DNA of 64,000 nucleotides from Clostridium thermobutyricum (GTDB taxonomy: Bacteria; Bacillota; Clostridia; Ch29): contig JAENYX010000003.1 in NCBI GenBank assembly GCA_016841565.1, forward strand, positions 14,030 to 78,029, read 5' to 3'. This document shows positions 30,343-39,886 of the stretch, piece by piece (position 1 is the first letter of the stretch; each line of letters starts with the position of its first letter). The notes beneath the pieces are model-generated. The model did no database searches and had not been told where the DNA came from. It saw nothing but the letters and a program-made list of their open reading frames with translations. Position numbers and translations under genes: made by a program.

Positions 30343-31356
30343 ATGAAAAAGAACTTTATGCTGATTACCGCTTTGCTTGCTGCGCTTTCAATGCTTTTTC
30401 CGGCAGGCTGTTCGGCACCGACCGATACTTCGGAGGAAACACCGGCTGAAGCTGCGGGGGATGAAAGGCTGTTTATTACCATAGGGACAGGTACGACCGG
30501 CGGTTCGTATTACCCGCTGGGCGGGGCAATGGCAAAGATTTGGACCGATAATATACCAAATGTCCATGCCACCGTTCAATCCACCGGCGGCACCAATCAG
30601 AACATCCAGTTGATGGAGGATAAGCAGGCCGAGGTAGGTTTTACCGATACCAAATACGTGCTGGCCTATGAAGGCAAGGATGTTTGGGAAGGTCGGCCCC
30701 AGACGTGGCTAAGGGGTCTGGTACCCCTTTACCCCGAGCCCACAAATATTCTTGTGGCCAAGGGTTCCGGGATAAAAACCCTTGAGGACTTCAGAGGCAA
30801 GCGCGTCTCCATCGGAGCAGTCGGAAGCGGTACCGAAAGTACATCAAGGGAGTTGTTCCAGGTTCTTGGGATGGATGTGGACAAGGACATCAAAGCCTTT
30901 ATGCTGGGGACCGGTGATACGGCCAAGGCGTTCCAGGACAGGCAGATTGATGCGGCTATACTAGTGGGGTCTTTGGGTATGTCCTCCATAGTAGAGCTGA
31001 CATCTTTAAATCTTGTGGATTATCTGGACCTGCCGGATGAGGTGTTCGAAAAAATACAAGAGGTGAATAATACATGGGTCAAGTTTACCATTCCCGCCGA
31101 CTATTACCTCAATCAGCCCAATCCGGTGAAAACCTATTCGGCATTCAACATAATATCAGTTCATGAGGACCTTCCGGAAGCTATCGCCTACCAAATGACA
31201 AAGGCCCTTTTTGAGCACAAAGTGGATCTTCTTGCGGTACGGCAGACCATGGAGAATATGACGCTGGAGAACGTGGAAAAGATTACAATACCAATACACC
31301 CCGGCGCCGTTAGGTATTATAAGGAAGTGGGCGCAAAACTGCCGGCCGGGTACTGA
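30343..31356 (+). CDS. TAXI-family TRAP transporter solute-binding lipoprotein (copy 2)
   Basis: Lipobox FPAGCSA. Paralog of the 10094 and 52152 genes, with the shared motif TGxTxGxYYPxGGA. Confidence 0.8.
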   Translation: MKKNFMLITALLAALSMLFPAGCSAPTDTSEETPAEAAGDERLFITIGTGTTGGSYYPLGGAMAKIWTDNIPNVHATVQSTGGTNQNIQLMEDKQAEVGFTDTKYVLAYEGKDVWEGRPQTWLRGLVPLYPEPTNILVAKGSGIKTLEDFRGKRVSIGAVGSGTESTSRELFQVLGMDVDKDIKAFMLGTGDTAKAFQDRQIDAAILVGSLGMSSIVELTSLNLVDYLDLPDEVFEKIQEVNNTWVKFTIPADYYLNQPNPVKTYSAFNIISVHEDLPEAIAYQMTKALFEHKVDLLAVRQTMENMTLENVEKITIPIHPGAVRYYKEVGAKLPAGY

Positions 31357-31431
31357 TACAACAAATATCCGGGAAATGCACGACTGTGCATTTCCCGGGA
31401 AACAACACCGATTGAGATAGGGGTTGAAAAT

Positions 31432-33402
31432 ATGGCTGTCGACAGCAGCATGCAGGATTATGACATGGAAAAAACAAAGGCGGAAGAGCTGGTCAAAAAA
31501 TACGATACCGAGTGGCGCTTCCGTACGGTTCTGCCGGACTGGCAGGGCAAGCTGACTGCCGCCTGGCTGATTGCAATGTCTTTGTTCCAGCTTTACACCT
31601 CAACCATAGGGCTGATGACCACAAATATACAGCGTACCTACCACCTGGGGTTCGCTATGTTTGTAATATTCCTGATTTATCCTTTCGGAAAGAATTCTCC
31701 AACCGGGCGTTTTTCGGTTCCTGATATGGCTCTGGCCGTAGCCAGTATATTCACAAATGGTTATCTGATAGTCAATTTCAACAGGATAGTGGAGCGGGGG
31801 GCTAAGGTAACCCATCTGGAACTGGTTCTGGGTGTGATAGCCATCCTGCTGGTGCTGGAAGCGGGCAGAAGGGTTCTGGGGTACGGGCTGCCTGTTCTTG
31901 CCGGTTTTTTTTTACTGTACTGCTATTTTGGAAGGTATGCTCCGGGGCTGTTCATACACAGGGGTTTTACAATAGAGAGGATAGTGCAGCATATGTACCT
32001 GGTTCCCGAGGGCATTTACGGGGTAGCCCTTGGGGTATCGGCAACCTTTGTATTCTTATTCATCCTCTTTGGTGCGTTTCTAAATGAGTCGGGGGGAGCC
32101 CGGTTTTTCAACGACTTTGCACTGGCCATGGCCGGGAGGATGGCGGGGGGGCCGGCCAAGGTGGCTATATTTGCAAGCGGCCTTCTTGGGACCATAAACG
32201 GCAGCTCCATAGCAAATACTGCAACCACCGGCGCCTTTACAATTCCGTTAATGAAAAAGGTGGGTTACAAGCCGCATTTCGCAGGGGCCGTTGAGGCTTC
32301 GTCATCAACGGGGGGACAGATAATGCCGCCGGTAATGGGGGCTGCCGCGTTTATAATGGCAGAGTTTCTGGGGGTTTCGTACATATCAATAATTAAAGCG
32401 GCTGCCATACCGGCCGTGCTGTATTATTACGGAGTATTTATAAGTGTCCATCTTGTGGCCCGGAAAGAGGGGCTCAAGGGATTGCCCAGGGAGCTGCTGC
32501 CCGACCTTCGGAAGGTCATGCTGACAAAAGGGCATCTGCTTTTACCCCTTGCCGTTGTGATATATCTGCTGATTTCGGGCAGGACACCGGTATTTGCTGC
32601 TTTCTGGGGCACACTCAGCGTTATTGCCGTCAGCTATTTGCGCAGGGAAACAAGAATGAGCCCTGGAAAAATACTGGCCGCACTCCAGCTGGGCGCCAGA
32701 TCGGCACTTGGAGTGGCTATTGCCTGCGCCGTTGTGGGATTTGTAATAGGGACTTCCTCGCTGACAGGGCTCGGGCTTAGCATTTCCAACAACCTGATAG
32801 AACTGGCCGGCGGGAACCTGCTGCTGACCCTTGTATTGGCCATGGTGGGGTCACTTATACTGGGTATGGGTCTGCCCACCACCGCAAACTATATAGTCAC
32901 TTCCACCATAGTGGCTCCGGCGCTGGTAAAGTTAGGCGTTCTGCCTATAGCGGCTCATTTATTTGTATTCTATTTCGGGATTATGGCAGACGTCACACCG
33001 CCGGTATGTCTTGCAGCCTTTACCGGGGCGGGTATTGCGGGGGCCAGCCCAAGCAGGACGGGGCTTACCGCCACAAAGCTTGCAATTGCGGCCTTTATCC
33101 TGCCGTATATGTTCGTTTATTCGCCGCAGCTGCTGCTGCATGAAGTCACATTGTCGGGGATAGTGCAGATACTGATAACCTCGGTAACAGGGATGACATG
33201 CATAGCGGGCTCAACTATGAATTACCTGATAATAGGGAACAATGCAGCTGAGAGGGTGCTGCTGCTGACAGGCGGCCTTTTGATGATAAAGCCGGGGACC
33301 TATACAGATCTGGCAGGCATGGGGATTGCAGGGTGTGTTGTTCTGGCCCAGTATTTCAGAAGGAAACGGCTGCAGGGGAGAGTCTCGGGTAAGGCGGATT
33401 GA
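31432..33402 (+). CDS. TRAP transporter fused permease (copy 2)
   Basis: 656 aa, paralog of the 11150 and 53690 genes. Confidence 0.85.
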   Translation: MAVDSSMQDYDMEKTKAEELVKKYDTEWRFRTVLPDWQGKLTAAWLIAMSLFQLYTSTIGLMTTNIQRTYHLGFAMFVIFLIYPFGKNSPTGRFSVPDMALAVASIFTNGYLIVNFNRIVERGAKVTHLELVLGVIAILLVLEAGRRVLGYGLPVLAGFFLLYCYFGRYAPGLFIHRGFTIERIVQHMYLVPEGIYGVALGVSATFVFLFILFGAFLNESGGARFFNDFALAMAGRMAGGPAKVAIFASGLLGTINGSSIANTATTGAFTIPLMKKVGYKPHFAGAVEASSSTGGQIMPPVMGAAAFIMAEFLGVSYISIIKAAAIPAVLYYYGVFISVHLVARKEGLKGLPRELLPDLRKVMLTKGHLLLPLAVVIYLLISGRTPVFAAFWGTLSVIAVSYLRRETRMSPGKILAALQLGARSALGVAIACAVVGFVIGTSSLTGLGLSISNNLIELAGGNLLLTLVLAMVGSLILGMGLPTTANYIVTSTIVAPALVKLGVLPIAAHLFVFYFGIMADVTPPVCLAAFTGAGIAGASPSRTGLTATKLAIAAFILPYMFVYSPQLLLHEVTLSGIVQILITSVTGMTCIAGSTMNYLIIGNNAAERVLLLTGGLLMIKPGTYTDLAGMGIAGCVVLAQYFRRKRLQGRVSGKAD

Positions 33403-33445
33403 GGATGTTCCGGCGATGGTAATGGCTGATGTTAGAGGAACAGAG
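33375..33445 (+). repeat. direct repeat A (3' end of the TRAP permease gene plus ~45 nt downstream); its partner lies at 37603-37672
   Basis: About 42 of 49 identical in the core GGATTG.GGAT.TTCCGGCGATGGTAATGGCTG.TGT.AG, with homology extending upstream across an indel. Confidence 0.7.
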
Positions 33446-33562
33446 TGTGCATGCTGTACTCCTTATATCAGTTGGCATGATTACTTCCGGAATGTATTAA
33501 TCTTTTGGAAAATGCATAACATAGAAAAGCAGTAGAAAAATCTTATAAATACAGGTGGTAGC

Positions 33563-35092
33563 ATGCTATTTAGGAGACATAAGGACAAGGAGACAGGCAA
33601 AGGAAAACAGCGGACCGGCATTTCCAAATACAAGCTGAGCGACTCACTGGATGCGAATGTACAGCTGTTTCAGCAGATATTCAATGATGATGATACGTTT
33701 AAAGTAAGGTACTTTGAAAATCAGCAGCATCCGCAGGTGAGGTGCTGCGTTTTATTTATTGAATGTATGGCCGATAATGAAATCATTAATGAGAATATAA
33801 TACAACCCATTGTTCAGAATACCATGCTCGAAAACTCCGGCGATATCCTGAGCAGTTTGCAGAACCAGGTGATTGTTTCGAATCACGTAGCAAAGACAAC
33901 AGATATTGATAAGCTTTCGGCCGCAATAATTCGTGGTGATACGGTGCTTTTCCTGGACGGTTGGCCGGTTGGGCTGATGATATGCTCAAAGGGATGGGCA
34001 TCCAGACCAATAAAAGAACCCCAGGGTGAAAGGGTTGCCAGTGGGCCAAGGGAAGGCTTTACAGAGTCCATTATGGTCAATCTCACCATGGTAAGAAGAA
34101 AGCTGGAAACACCCGATCTGAAAATGAAGATTATGACAATTGGGGTACAAACCAATACAAAAGTATGTGTTTGCTATGTGGAAGGCATTGTGCACCGGAG
34201 GATACTGGACGAAGTGTACAAAAGGCTGAAAGGCATTAATATAGACGGCATTCTGGATGCCGCGTATATTAATGAGATCATAAAGGATTCCCCGTTTTCG
34301 CCATTTAACACAATAGGAAACACCGAGAGGCCTGATATAGTGGCCGCAAAGCTGTTAGAAGGGCATATAGCCGTAGTTGTTGACGGCACACCCGTTGTTT
34401 TAACAATACCCTTATTATTTGTGGAAAATTTCCAATCCAATGAGGATTATTATGTTAATTTTTATTTTGCCACAACCAACAGACTATTAAGGGTAATGGG
34501 CTTTATTATTACAATTAGCGTCCCTGCAGTTTATACGGCTTTGGTGACATTTCACCAGGAGGCCATACCGACACCTTTGCTGTTAAGCATTTCCGCGGCA
34601 AGGCAGGGAGTACCTTTTCCTACCATTGTTGAAGTCATATTGCTTTTACTTATCTTTGAAATATTGAGAGAAACGGGATTACGAATGCCATACTTTGTAG
34701 GGCAGACATTAAGCATAATCGGAGCTATTGTATTAGGAACGGCATCGGTGGAAGCAAAGCTGGTAAGTGCCCCTATAGTTATAGTAGTTTCAATTACAGC
34801 TATTACCGGTCTTATGATACCGGGGATAAAAGTTGCAGCAATTTTTTTAAGGTTTATCTTTTTGTTTTTATCGGCCTTTATCGGATTATATGGTTATATA
34901 TTTGGAGTTATGGGTTTCTTGGTTTATTTGTGCCAATTGCGGTCGTTCGGAGTACCCTACATGCTGACATTGACCACTCTTGACCCAGGTGAATTAAAGG
35001 ATACGGCAGTAAGAGCACCATGGTGGTATATGAAGCTCAGACCCAAACTCATTTCAGCCAACAGGGTAAGGCAGGCAAACGGAGGCAAATAA
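33563..35092 (+). CDS. spore germination protein, GerA/GerKA family (A subunit)
   Basis: 509 aa with a soluble N-domain then 5-6 TM helices, and the GerAA-family region EGHIAVVVDGTPVVLTIP. Confidence 0.85.
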   Translation: MLFRRHKDKETGKGKQRTGISKYKLSDSLDANVQLFQQIFNDDDTFKVRYFENQQHPQVRCCVLFIECMADNEIINENIIQPIVQNTMLENSGDILSSLQNQVIVSNHVAKTTDIDKLSAAIIRGDTVLFLDGWPVGLMICSKGWASRPIKEPQGERVASGPREGFTESIMVNLTMVRRKLETPDLKMKIMTIGVQTNTKVCVCYVEGIVHRRILDEVYKRLKGINIDGILDAAYINEIIKDSPFSPFNTIGNTERPDIVAAKLLEGHIAVVVDGTPVVLTIPLLFVENFQSNEDYYVNFYFATTNRLLRVMGFIITISVPAVYTALVTFHQEAIPTPLLLSISAARQGVPFPTIVEVILLLLIFEILRETGLRMPYFVGQTLSIIGAIVLGTASVEAKLVSAPIVIVVSITAITGLMIPGIKVAAIFLRFIFLFLSAFIGLYGYIFGVMGFLVYLCQLRSFGVPYMLTLTTLDPGELKDTAVRAPWWYMKLRPKLISANRVRQANGGK

Positions 35093-35094
35093 CA

Positions 35095-36246
35095 ATGAGA
35101 AGAAAAGTATTTATTCCTATGCTGTTGATGATAAATATGACAATATTGACAGGATGCTGGAGCTACAGAGAGATTGACAGACTTTCAATTGTAGCAGGTG
35201 CGGCAGTTGACAAGGGTGAAGATGGAAAGTGCATTTTTACATTTGAAATTATAGATTTGCAGGAAGGCGGAAGAGATACAAATATTAAATCAAGACTATT
35301 GGAATCAGAAGGGTACACCATATTTGATGCAGTCAGAAATTCGCTGAAATTCACTGCCCCAAGGCCGTATTTCGGCCATATGGAGGTTGTTATCATAAGC
35401 CAGGAAATAGCAAGGGATGGGGTGATTGAAATTCTTGATTTTTTGAACCGCGACGCTGAGCCAAGGCTTACTGTAGATCTTTTGCTTTCCAAAGAGCAGA
35501 CTGCAAAGGAAATATTGAAAGCACAGAGTACTACAACTGATATACGTTCTTTTGAAATTTACGAAATGCTGGATGTCCAGAAACATTTGTCAAAATCACC
35601 CAAAGTTGAAGTTTACCAGTTCATTAATGAACTGCCATGCGAGGGATCCTCACCGTTTCTGCCTGCTATACGGATAACAGAAACGGCCGGTATAAAAACG
35701 ACAGAACTGTCGGGAACCGCAGTATTCAAGGAGGATAAGCTTATAGGATTTCTTGATGAAGAGGAGACCAAATATTTTTTATTTACAAAAGATAATATAA
35801 AGGGCGGCCTGCTTGCTTTAGAAAACCTTCCAAGCGCGAACAATGTAAATATATCCTTTGAGATATTCCATAACAAAACAGAGATAAAACCCGTGTATTC
35901 CAATGGAGAATTATCAATAAATATTGAGACAAAAACACAAATTACACTTGCTGAACAGGGTACCGAGTTGAACTTTACAAATGAAAGAGGAAGGTTAACC
36001 CTGAAGAAAGAAATGGAAGAGTTTCTTAAAGCAAATATACAAAAAGTGATTCAAAGGGTGCAGAAGGATTTTGCCGTTGACATTTTTGGATTTGGGAGTA
36101 TTGTAAACGCAGAGATGCCGACCCTATGGAAAGAGATAGGTCGTGACTGGAACGATATCTTTGCAGATTTGGATGTCAATGTGAATACAATTATAGAAAT
36201 CAGGGGCTCCGGGTTGTTATCCGACCCAATTAAGGTAGGGATGTAG
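35095..36246 (+). CDS. spore germination lipoprotein, Ger(x)C family (C subunit)
   Basis: Lipobox ILTGCWS, then GerAC-family architecture. ATG 35095 is preceded by GGAGG and overlaps the A-subunit stop region. Confidence 0.75.
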   Translation: MRRKVFIPMLLMINMTILTGCWSYREIDRLSIVAGAAVDKGEDGKCIFTFEIIDLQEGGRDTNIKSRLLESEGYTIFDAVRNSLKFTAPRPYFGHMEVVIISQEIARDGVIEILDFLNRDAEPRLTVDLLLSKEQTAKEILKAQSTTTDIRSFEIYEMLDVQKHLSKSPKVEVYQFINELPCEGSSPFLPAIRITETAGIKTTELSGTAVFKEDKLIGFLDEEETKYFLFTKDNIKGGLLALENLPSANNVNISFEIFHNKTEIKPVYSNGELSINIETKTQITLAEQGTELNFTNERGRLTLKKEMEEFLKANIQKVIQRVQKDFAVDIFGFGSIVNAEMPTLWKEIGRDWNDIFADLDVNVNTIIEIRGSGLLSDPIKVGM

Positions 36247-36252
36247 TTCATC

Positions 36253-36474
36253 ATGTTATTGGTAATGATTACTTTTGTCGGTGTATTATTTATATTGACA
36301 GACCTTATCCCTGTTTATCAAAACAAGCGGTGGAAGCTGTTCTGGGTATATTCTGCCATCATGGCCTTTGTATATGTACTGACTATATTCATCACAATGG
36401 GCATAAAACTGCCCAGCCCGGCTGTTCCATTGAGAAACTTAATAACGGAAATATTCGGAATATACCCGGAATGA
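36253..36474 (+). CDS. small two-TM membrane protein inside the germinant-receptor operon (possible D subunit)
   Basis: 73 aa with two hydrophobic helices, located between the C and B subunit genes. Confidence 0.4.
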   Translation: MLLVMITFVGVLFILTDLIPVYQNKRWKLFWVYSAIMAFVYVLTIFITMGIKLPSPAVPLRNLITEIFGIYPE

Positions 36475-36510
36475 TGGTATGACTATAAATGATACTGAAA
36501 GAGGAAAGCC

Positions 36511-37596
36511 ATGGAAAGCGAGATAATTACAAAAAAGCAGTGTATTGCAATAATGGTTGCATTTTTACTGGGCAGTTCTCTTGTATTAGGAGCCGGTGGT
36601 GAGGCTAGAAGAGATGCCTGGATGGCGGTTTTAGCTGCAATGGTTATGTCATTACCTGTATTTTTTGTTTATGCAAGGCTGGTCTCGCTTTTTCCCGGTA
36701 AGGGTCTTTACGAAATATTGCCTGTTGTTTTTGGGAGTACCATTGGCAAGCTGGTGGTACTGATGTACATATGGTATGCATTCCATTTAGGGGCTCTGGT
36801 AATCAGGAACTTTTCGGAGTTTATTATGATAGTTTCATTACCTGATACACCCCAGTACGCCGTTGCAATTTTCATGACAGTTTTAGGCATCTGGGCAGTA
36901 AAGGCGGGGATTGAAGTAATTGGACGGTGGTCTGCGATGATGCTTCCGGTTATAATTATGGCCATTTTATTATTATCCCTATTGTTGATTCCTAGCATGG
37001 AATTGAAAAATATTAAACCTGTCTTAAGCGAAGGCATCATGCCTGTAATGATGGCTGCTTTTTCTACATTTTCCTTTCCCTTTGCCGAGATGGTGTTATT
37101 CACAGTGATATTCGGAAATCTAAAAAGCAACATTAGTGCGTATAAAATATATTACTGGAGCTTATTTATCGGAGGAACGATTATTTTATGGGTTACGGTG
37201 AGAAACCTTCTTGTTTTGGGTGCAGCAAATGTCTTTATCATGTATTTCCCGTCCTATGTCTCGGTACGGCTTATCAATATAGGTAATTTCCTGCAAAGAA
37301 TTGAGGTATTGGTGGTACTTGTTTTTATGTTGAGCGGCTTTGTAAAAGTATGCATATGCCTGCTGGCTGCCGGAAGAGGAATAGCAAAAGTATTGAACTT
37401 CAACGATTATCGCGGGATTGTTGCTCCGGTGGGATTGCTGATGATGATATTTTCGCTAATCGTTTACAGCAATACCAAAGAAATGTTCGAATGGGCAAGC
37501 AGAATTTATCCATTCTATGCAATACCCTTTGAAGTTATCCTCCCCCTGACCATTTGGATTGCCGCGGAAATCAAGGTTGGTTTGGTGAAAAATTAG
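36511..37596 (+). CDS. spore germination protein, GerAB/GerKB family (B subunit, APC-superfamily permease)
   Basis: 361 aa with ~10 TM helices and a GerAB-like N-terminus (ITKKQCIAIMVAFLLGSSL). Confidence 0.8.
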   Translation: MESEIITKKQCIAIMVAFLLGSSLVLGAGGEARRDAWMAVLAAMVMSLPVFFVYARLVSLFPGKGLYEILPVVFGSTIGKLVVLMYIWYAFHLGALVIRNFSEFIMIVSLPDTPQYAVAIFMTVLGIWAVKAGIEVIGRWSAMMLPVIIMAILLLSLLLIPSMELKNIKPVLSEGIMPVMMAAFSTFSFPFAEMVLFTVIFGNLKSNISAYKIYYWSLFIGGTIILWVTVRNLLVLGAANVFIMYFPSYVSVRLINIGNFLQRIEVLVVLVFMLSGFVKVCICLLAAGRGIAKVLNFNDYRGIVAPVGLLMMIFSLIVYSNTKEMFEWASRIYPFYAIPFEVILPLTIWIAAEIKVGLVKN

Positions 37597-37602
37597 ATGG
37601 TG

Positions 37603-37672
37603 GGCAGACTTCCGGGAGAACGGCCGGATTGCGGATATTCCGGCGATGGTAATGGCTGCTGTCAGGTGGAAA
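37603..37672 (+). repeat. direct repeat B (degenerate copy of the TRAP-permease 3' end) immediately after gerKB
   Basis: See repeat A. Confidence 0.7.
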
Positions 37673-37853
37673 TTAGACGTGTGATTTTTCACAAAGTGGG
37701 GGCAGGTGTATTGGCACCGGCAAAGGGTTTTTTGGAGTTATGTAGAAGTGGTTAGATAGTTTATACGGCAAGAAGGGAAGAATTCCGGTTTTCATTAAAC
37801 CGGCAGAGGGGATAATAACCGGCAGGCATCTATTTTGACCGAGGGGGGTCCTT

Positions 37854-39575
37854 ATGTCAGAGCTGTTGGGGAAGCACTATGTAGAGCAGTTGAAAACGGC
37901 TTTTGAAGCCGCATATAGTGGGATTGTGCTGGTGGATACAAGAATAAGCATTGTGGCATTGAACCCGGCGGCTGAAAGAATATTGGGCGTCAAACGGGGT
38001 GAAGCCGTAGGGAAATCTTTTATGGACCTGGTTCCCGAAAGCGGTTTTCCCGAAGTGTTGGAACAAAAAAGGAGTCAGGCGGGCTGCAGCCTGAAGATTA
38101 GGGAAAAGGTTTATCTCAGCAACAGAAGCCCTGTTATTGTTAGCGGCCAATTGGTGGGTGCAGTGGCGGTTATGCAGGATATGACCGAATTAAACCAATG
38201 CAGGATTCAACTGGAAGAAACCAGAACGCTCAAAAACGTTCTGGAGGCTATATTGAATTCGGCTTACGAAGGGGTTGTCGTTGTTGATGAGAACGGAATT
38301 ATTACCATGTTTAACGATGCGTACTGCAGATTTCTCAATGTTAAGCAAGAGGACGTAGTTGGGAAGCACGTGACCGATGCCATAGAAAATACCCGCATGC
38401 ATGTGGTGCTGAAAACCGGAAAGGCTGAGATCCGCCATATACAGCGTATCCATGGCCATGATATGATATGTGACAGGATACCTATAAAGGAAGACGGGAA
38501 GATAACCGGCGCCGTAGGAAAGGTTTTGTTCAGGGATGTTTCGGAGGTGGACGAGCTGCTGAAACAAACCGAACATTTAAAAGAACAGTTGGAATACTAT
38601 AAAAACGAACTAGCAAAGGAACGGAAAACTAAGTATTCCCTTGATAACATAATCGGTCAGAGCCGGGTGATAGCTGTCTTGAAGGAGCTGGCGGGAAAAT
38701 GCGCCAAGAGTTCATCTACCGTTCTGATACGCGGAGAAAGCGGGACCGGCAAGGAGTTGCTGGCCCGTGCCATTCACAACCTTAGCCCAAGAAGAAATAA
38801 CCCGCTTATAAAGGTGAACTGTGCTGCCGTGCCCGAAAACCTGTTGGAGTCAGAGCTTTTCGGGTATGAGGAGGGTGCATTTACCGGTGCCAAAAAAGGT
38901 GGGAAGCTTGGGAAGTTCGAACAGGCCCGGGGCGGCACCATTTTTCTCGATGAAATAGGGGACATGCCGGTCAAGATGCAGGCCAAGCTATTACGGGTAC
39001 TGCAGGAGAAGGAAATCGAAAGGCTGGGCAGCACCGGAACCGTCAAGGTGGATGTAAGGGTGATAGCAGCCACCAACAGGAACCTGGAGGAATTGATTGC
39101 CGAGGGGAGATTTAGAGAGGATCTGTTTTACAGGCTGAACGTAATAAGCCTTGAGATGCCTTCGCTAAGAAGCAGGAAGGAAGATATTCATCTCCTGGTA
39201 GATTTCCTGGTTCAGAAGCTGTGCAAAAATATGGGTATCGGCAGAAAAGCCATCAGCCCGGCGGCCTATGACATTTTGTTCCGCTATTCCTGGCCGGGTA
39301 ATGTGAGAGAGCTGGAAAACGTGCTTGAAAGGGCGCTGAATGTGATTGACAATGATACAATCAATCCTGAGCATCTGCCCTATTACATCCGTCAGCCTAA
39401 GGATTTGTTGAAGGACGGTGAATTTCACCTGAAATCCATAGTCGAGGATACCGAAAAGGAGGTAATGAGAAGGGCATTCAGTGTCGCCGGAGGTAATGCT
39501 TTAGAAGCGGCCAAGCTGCTTGGGATTAGCAAATCGACCTATTATGAGAAGGCTGCCAAATACGGGTTACAGTGA
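37854..39575 (+). CDS. sigma-54-dependent transcriptional activator with tandem PAS domains
   Basis: Two PAS folds, an AAA+ domain with GESGTGKE and ESELFGYEEGAFTGA, and a C-terminal Fis-type HTH. Confidence 0.85.
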   Translation: MSELLGKHYVEQLKTAFEAAYSGIVLVDTRISIVALNPAAERILGVKRGEAVGKSFMDLVPESGFPEVLEQKRSQAGCSLKIREKVYLSNRSPVIVSGQLVGAVAVMQDMTELNQCRIQLEETRTLKNVLEAILNSAYEGVVVVDENGIITMFNDAYCRFLNVKQEDVVGKHVTDAIENTRMHVVLKTGKAEIRHIQRIHGHDMICDRIPIKEDGKITGAVGKVLFRDVSEVDELLKQTEHLKEQLEYYKNELAKERKTKYSLDNIIGQSRVIAVLKELAGKCAKSSSTVLIRGESGTGKELLARAIHNLSPRRNNPLIKVNCAAVPENLLESELFGYEEGAFTGAKKGGKLGKFEQARGGTIFLDEIGDMPVKMQAKLLRVLQEKEIERLGSTGTVKVDVRVIAATNRNLEELIAEGRFREDLFYRLNVISLEMPSLRSRKEDIHLLVDFLVQKLCKNMGIGRKAISPAAYDILFRYSWPGNVRELENVLERALNVIDNDTINPEHLPYYIRQPKDLLKDGEFHLKSIVEDTEKEVMRRAFSVAGGNALEAAKLLGISKSTYYEKAAKYGLQ

Positions 39576-39610
39576 TTCCGGAAATTCGGAAAACAGTCCG
39601 GATTTCCGGA

Positions 39611-39638
39611 CTGTTGCACGATACAGTCTGTGCAACAG
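39611..39638. promoter_or_regulatory. candidate enhancer (UAS) for the PAS sigma-54 activator: CTGTTGCAC-N10-GTGCAACAG
   Basis: Perfect 9-bp inverted repeat centred ~108 bp upstream of the -24 element at 39733. The TGT-N-ACA / TGCAC-N-GTGCA style is typical of bEBP sites. Confidence 0.45.
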
Positions 39639-39707
39639 CAAGATGAGCTTGATGGTTGATTTACATTACGGTGATTCCGAAAATCTGGAATAGCATTAAC
39701 CAAAAAG

Positions 39708-39728
39708 ACCGGCAAAGCCGGTTTTTTT
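39708..39728 (+). terminator. rho-independent terminator (ACCGGC-aaa-GCCGGT plus T7) ending the regulator transcript
   Basis: Short GC stem directly followed by TTTTTTT, 4 nt before the sigma-54 promoter. Confidence 0.6.
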
Positions 39729-39731
39729 GGT

Positions 39732-39746
39732 TGGCATCAAAATTGC
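39732..39746 (+). promoter_or_regulatory. sigma-54 promoter TGGCAT-N5-TTGCT
   Basis: Canonical GG/GC spacing, ~140 nt upstream of the thiolase start. Confidence 0.7.
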
Positions 39747-39886
39747 TCATATATGAGAAAAGGAGATAAGCGTTGTGCCGGTTAGCTGTCGGCAGTCGGG
39801 AGTTGGCAGCCGGTAACCGGCAGCTATATTCTTCAGAATGGACATGATTTGTGGAGTAAAGAAAATTATGGAGGGAGGAAAACATT

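Noticed and set aside
37712-37728. Perfect TGGCAC hexamer upstream of the PAS sigma-54 activator gene
   Set aside because: It is followed by cggcaAAGGG with no TTGC/GC at -12, so it is probably fortuitous.
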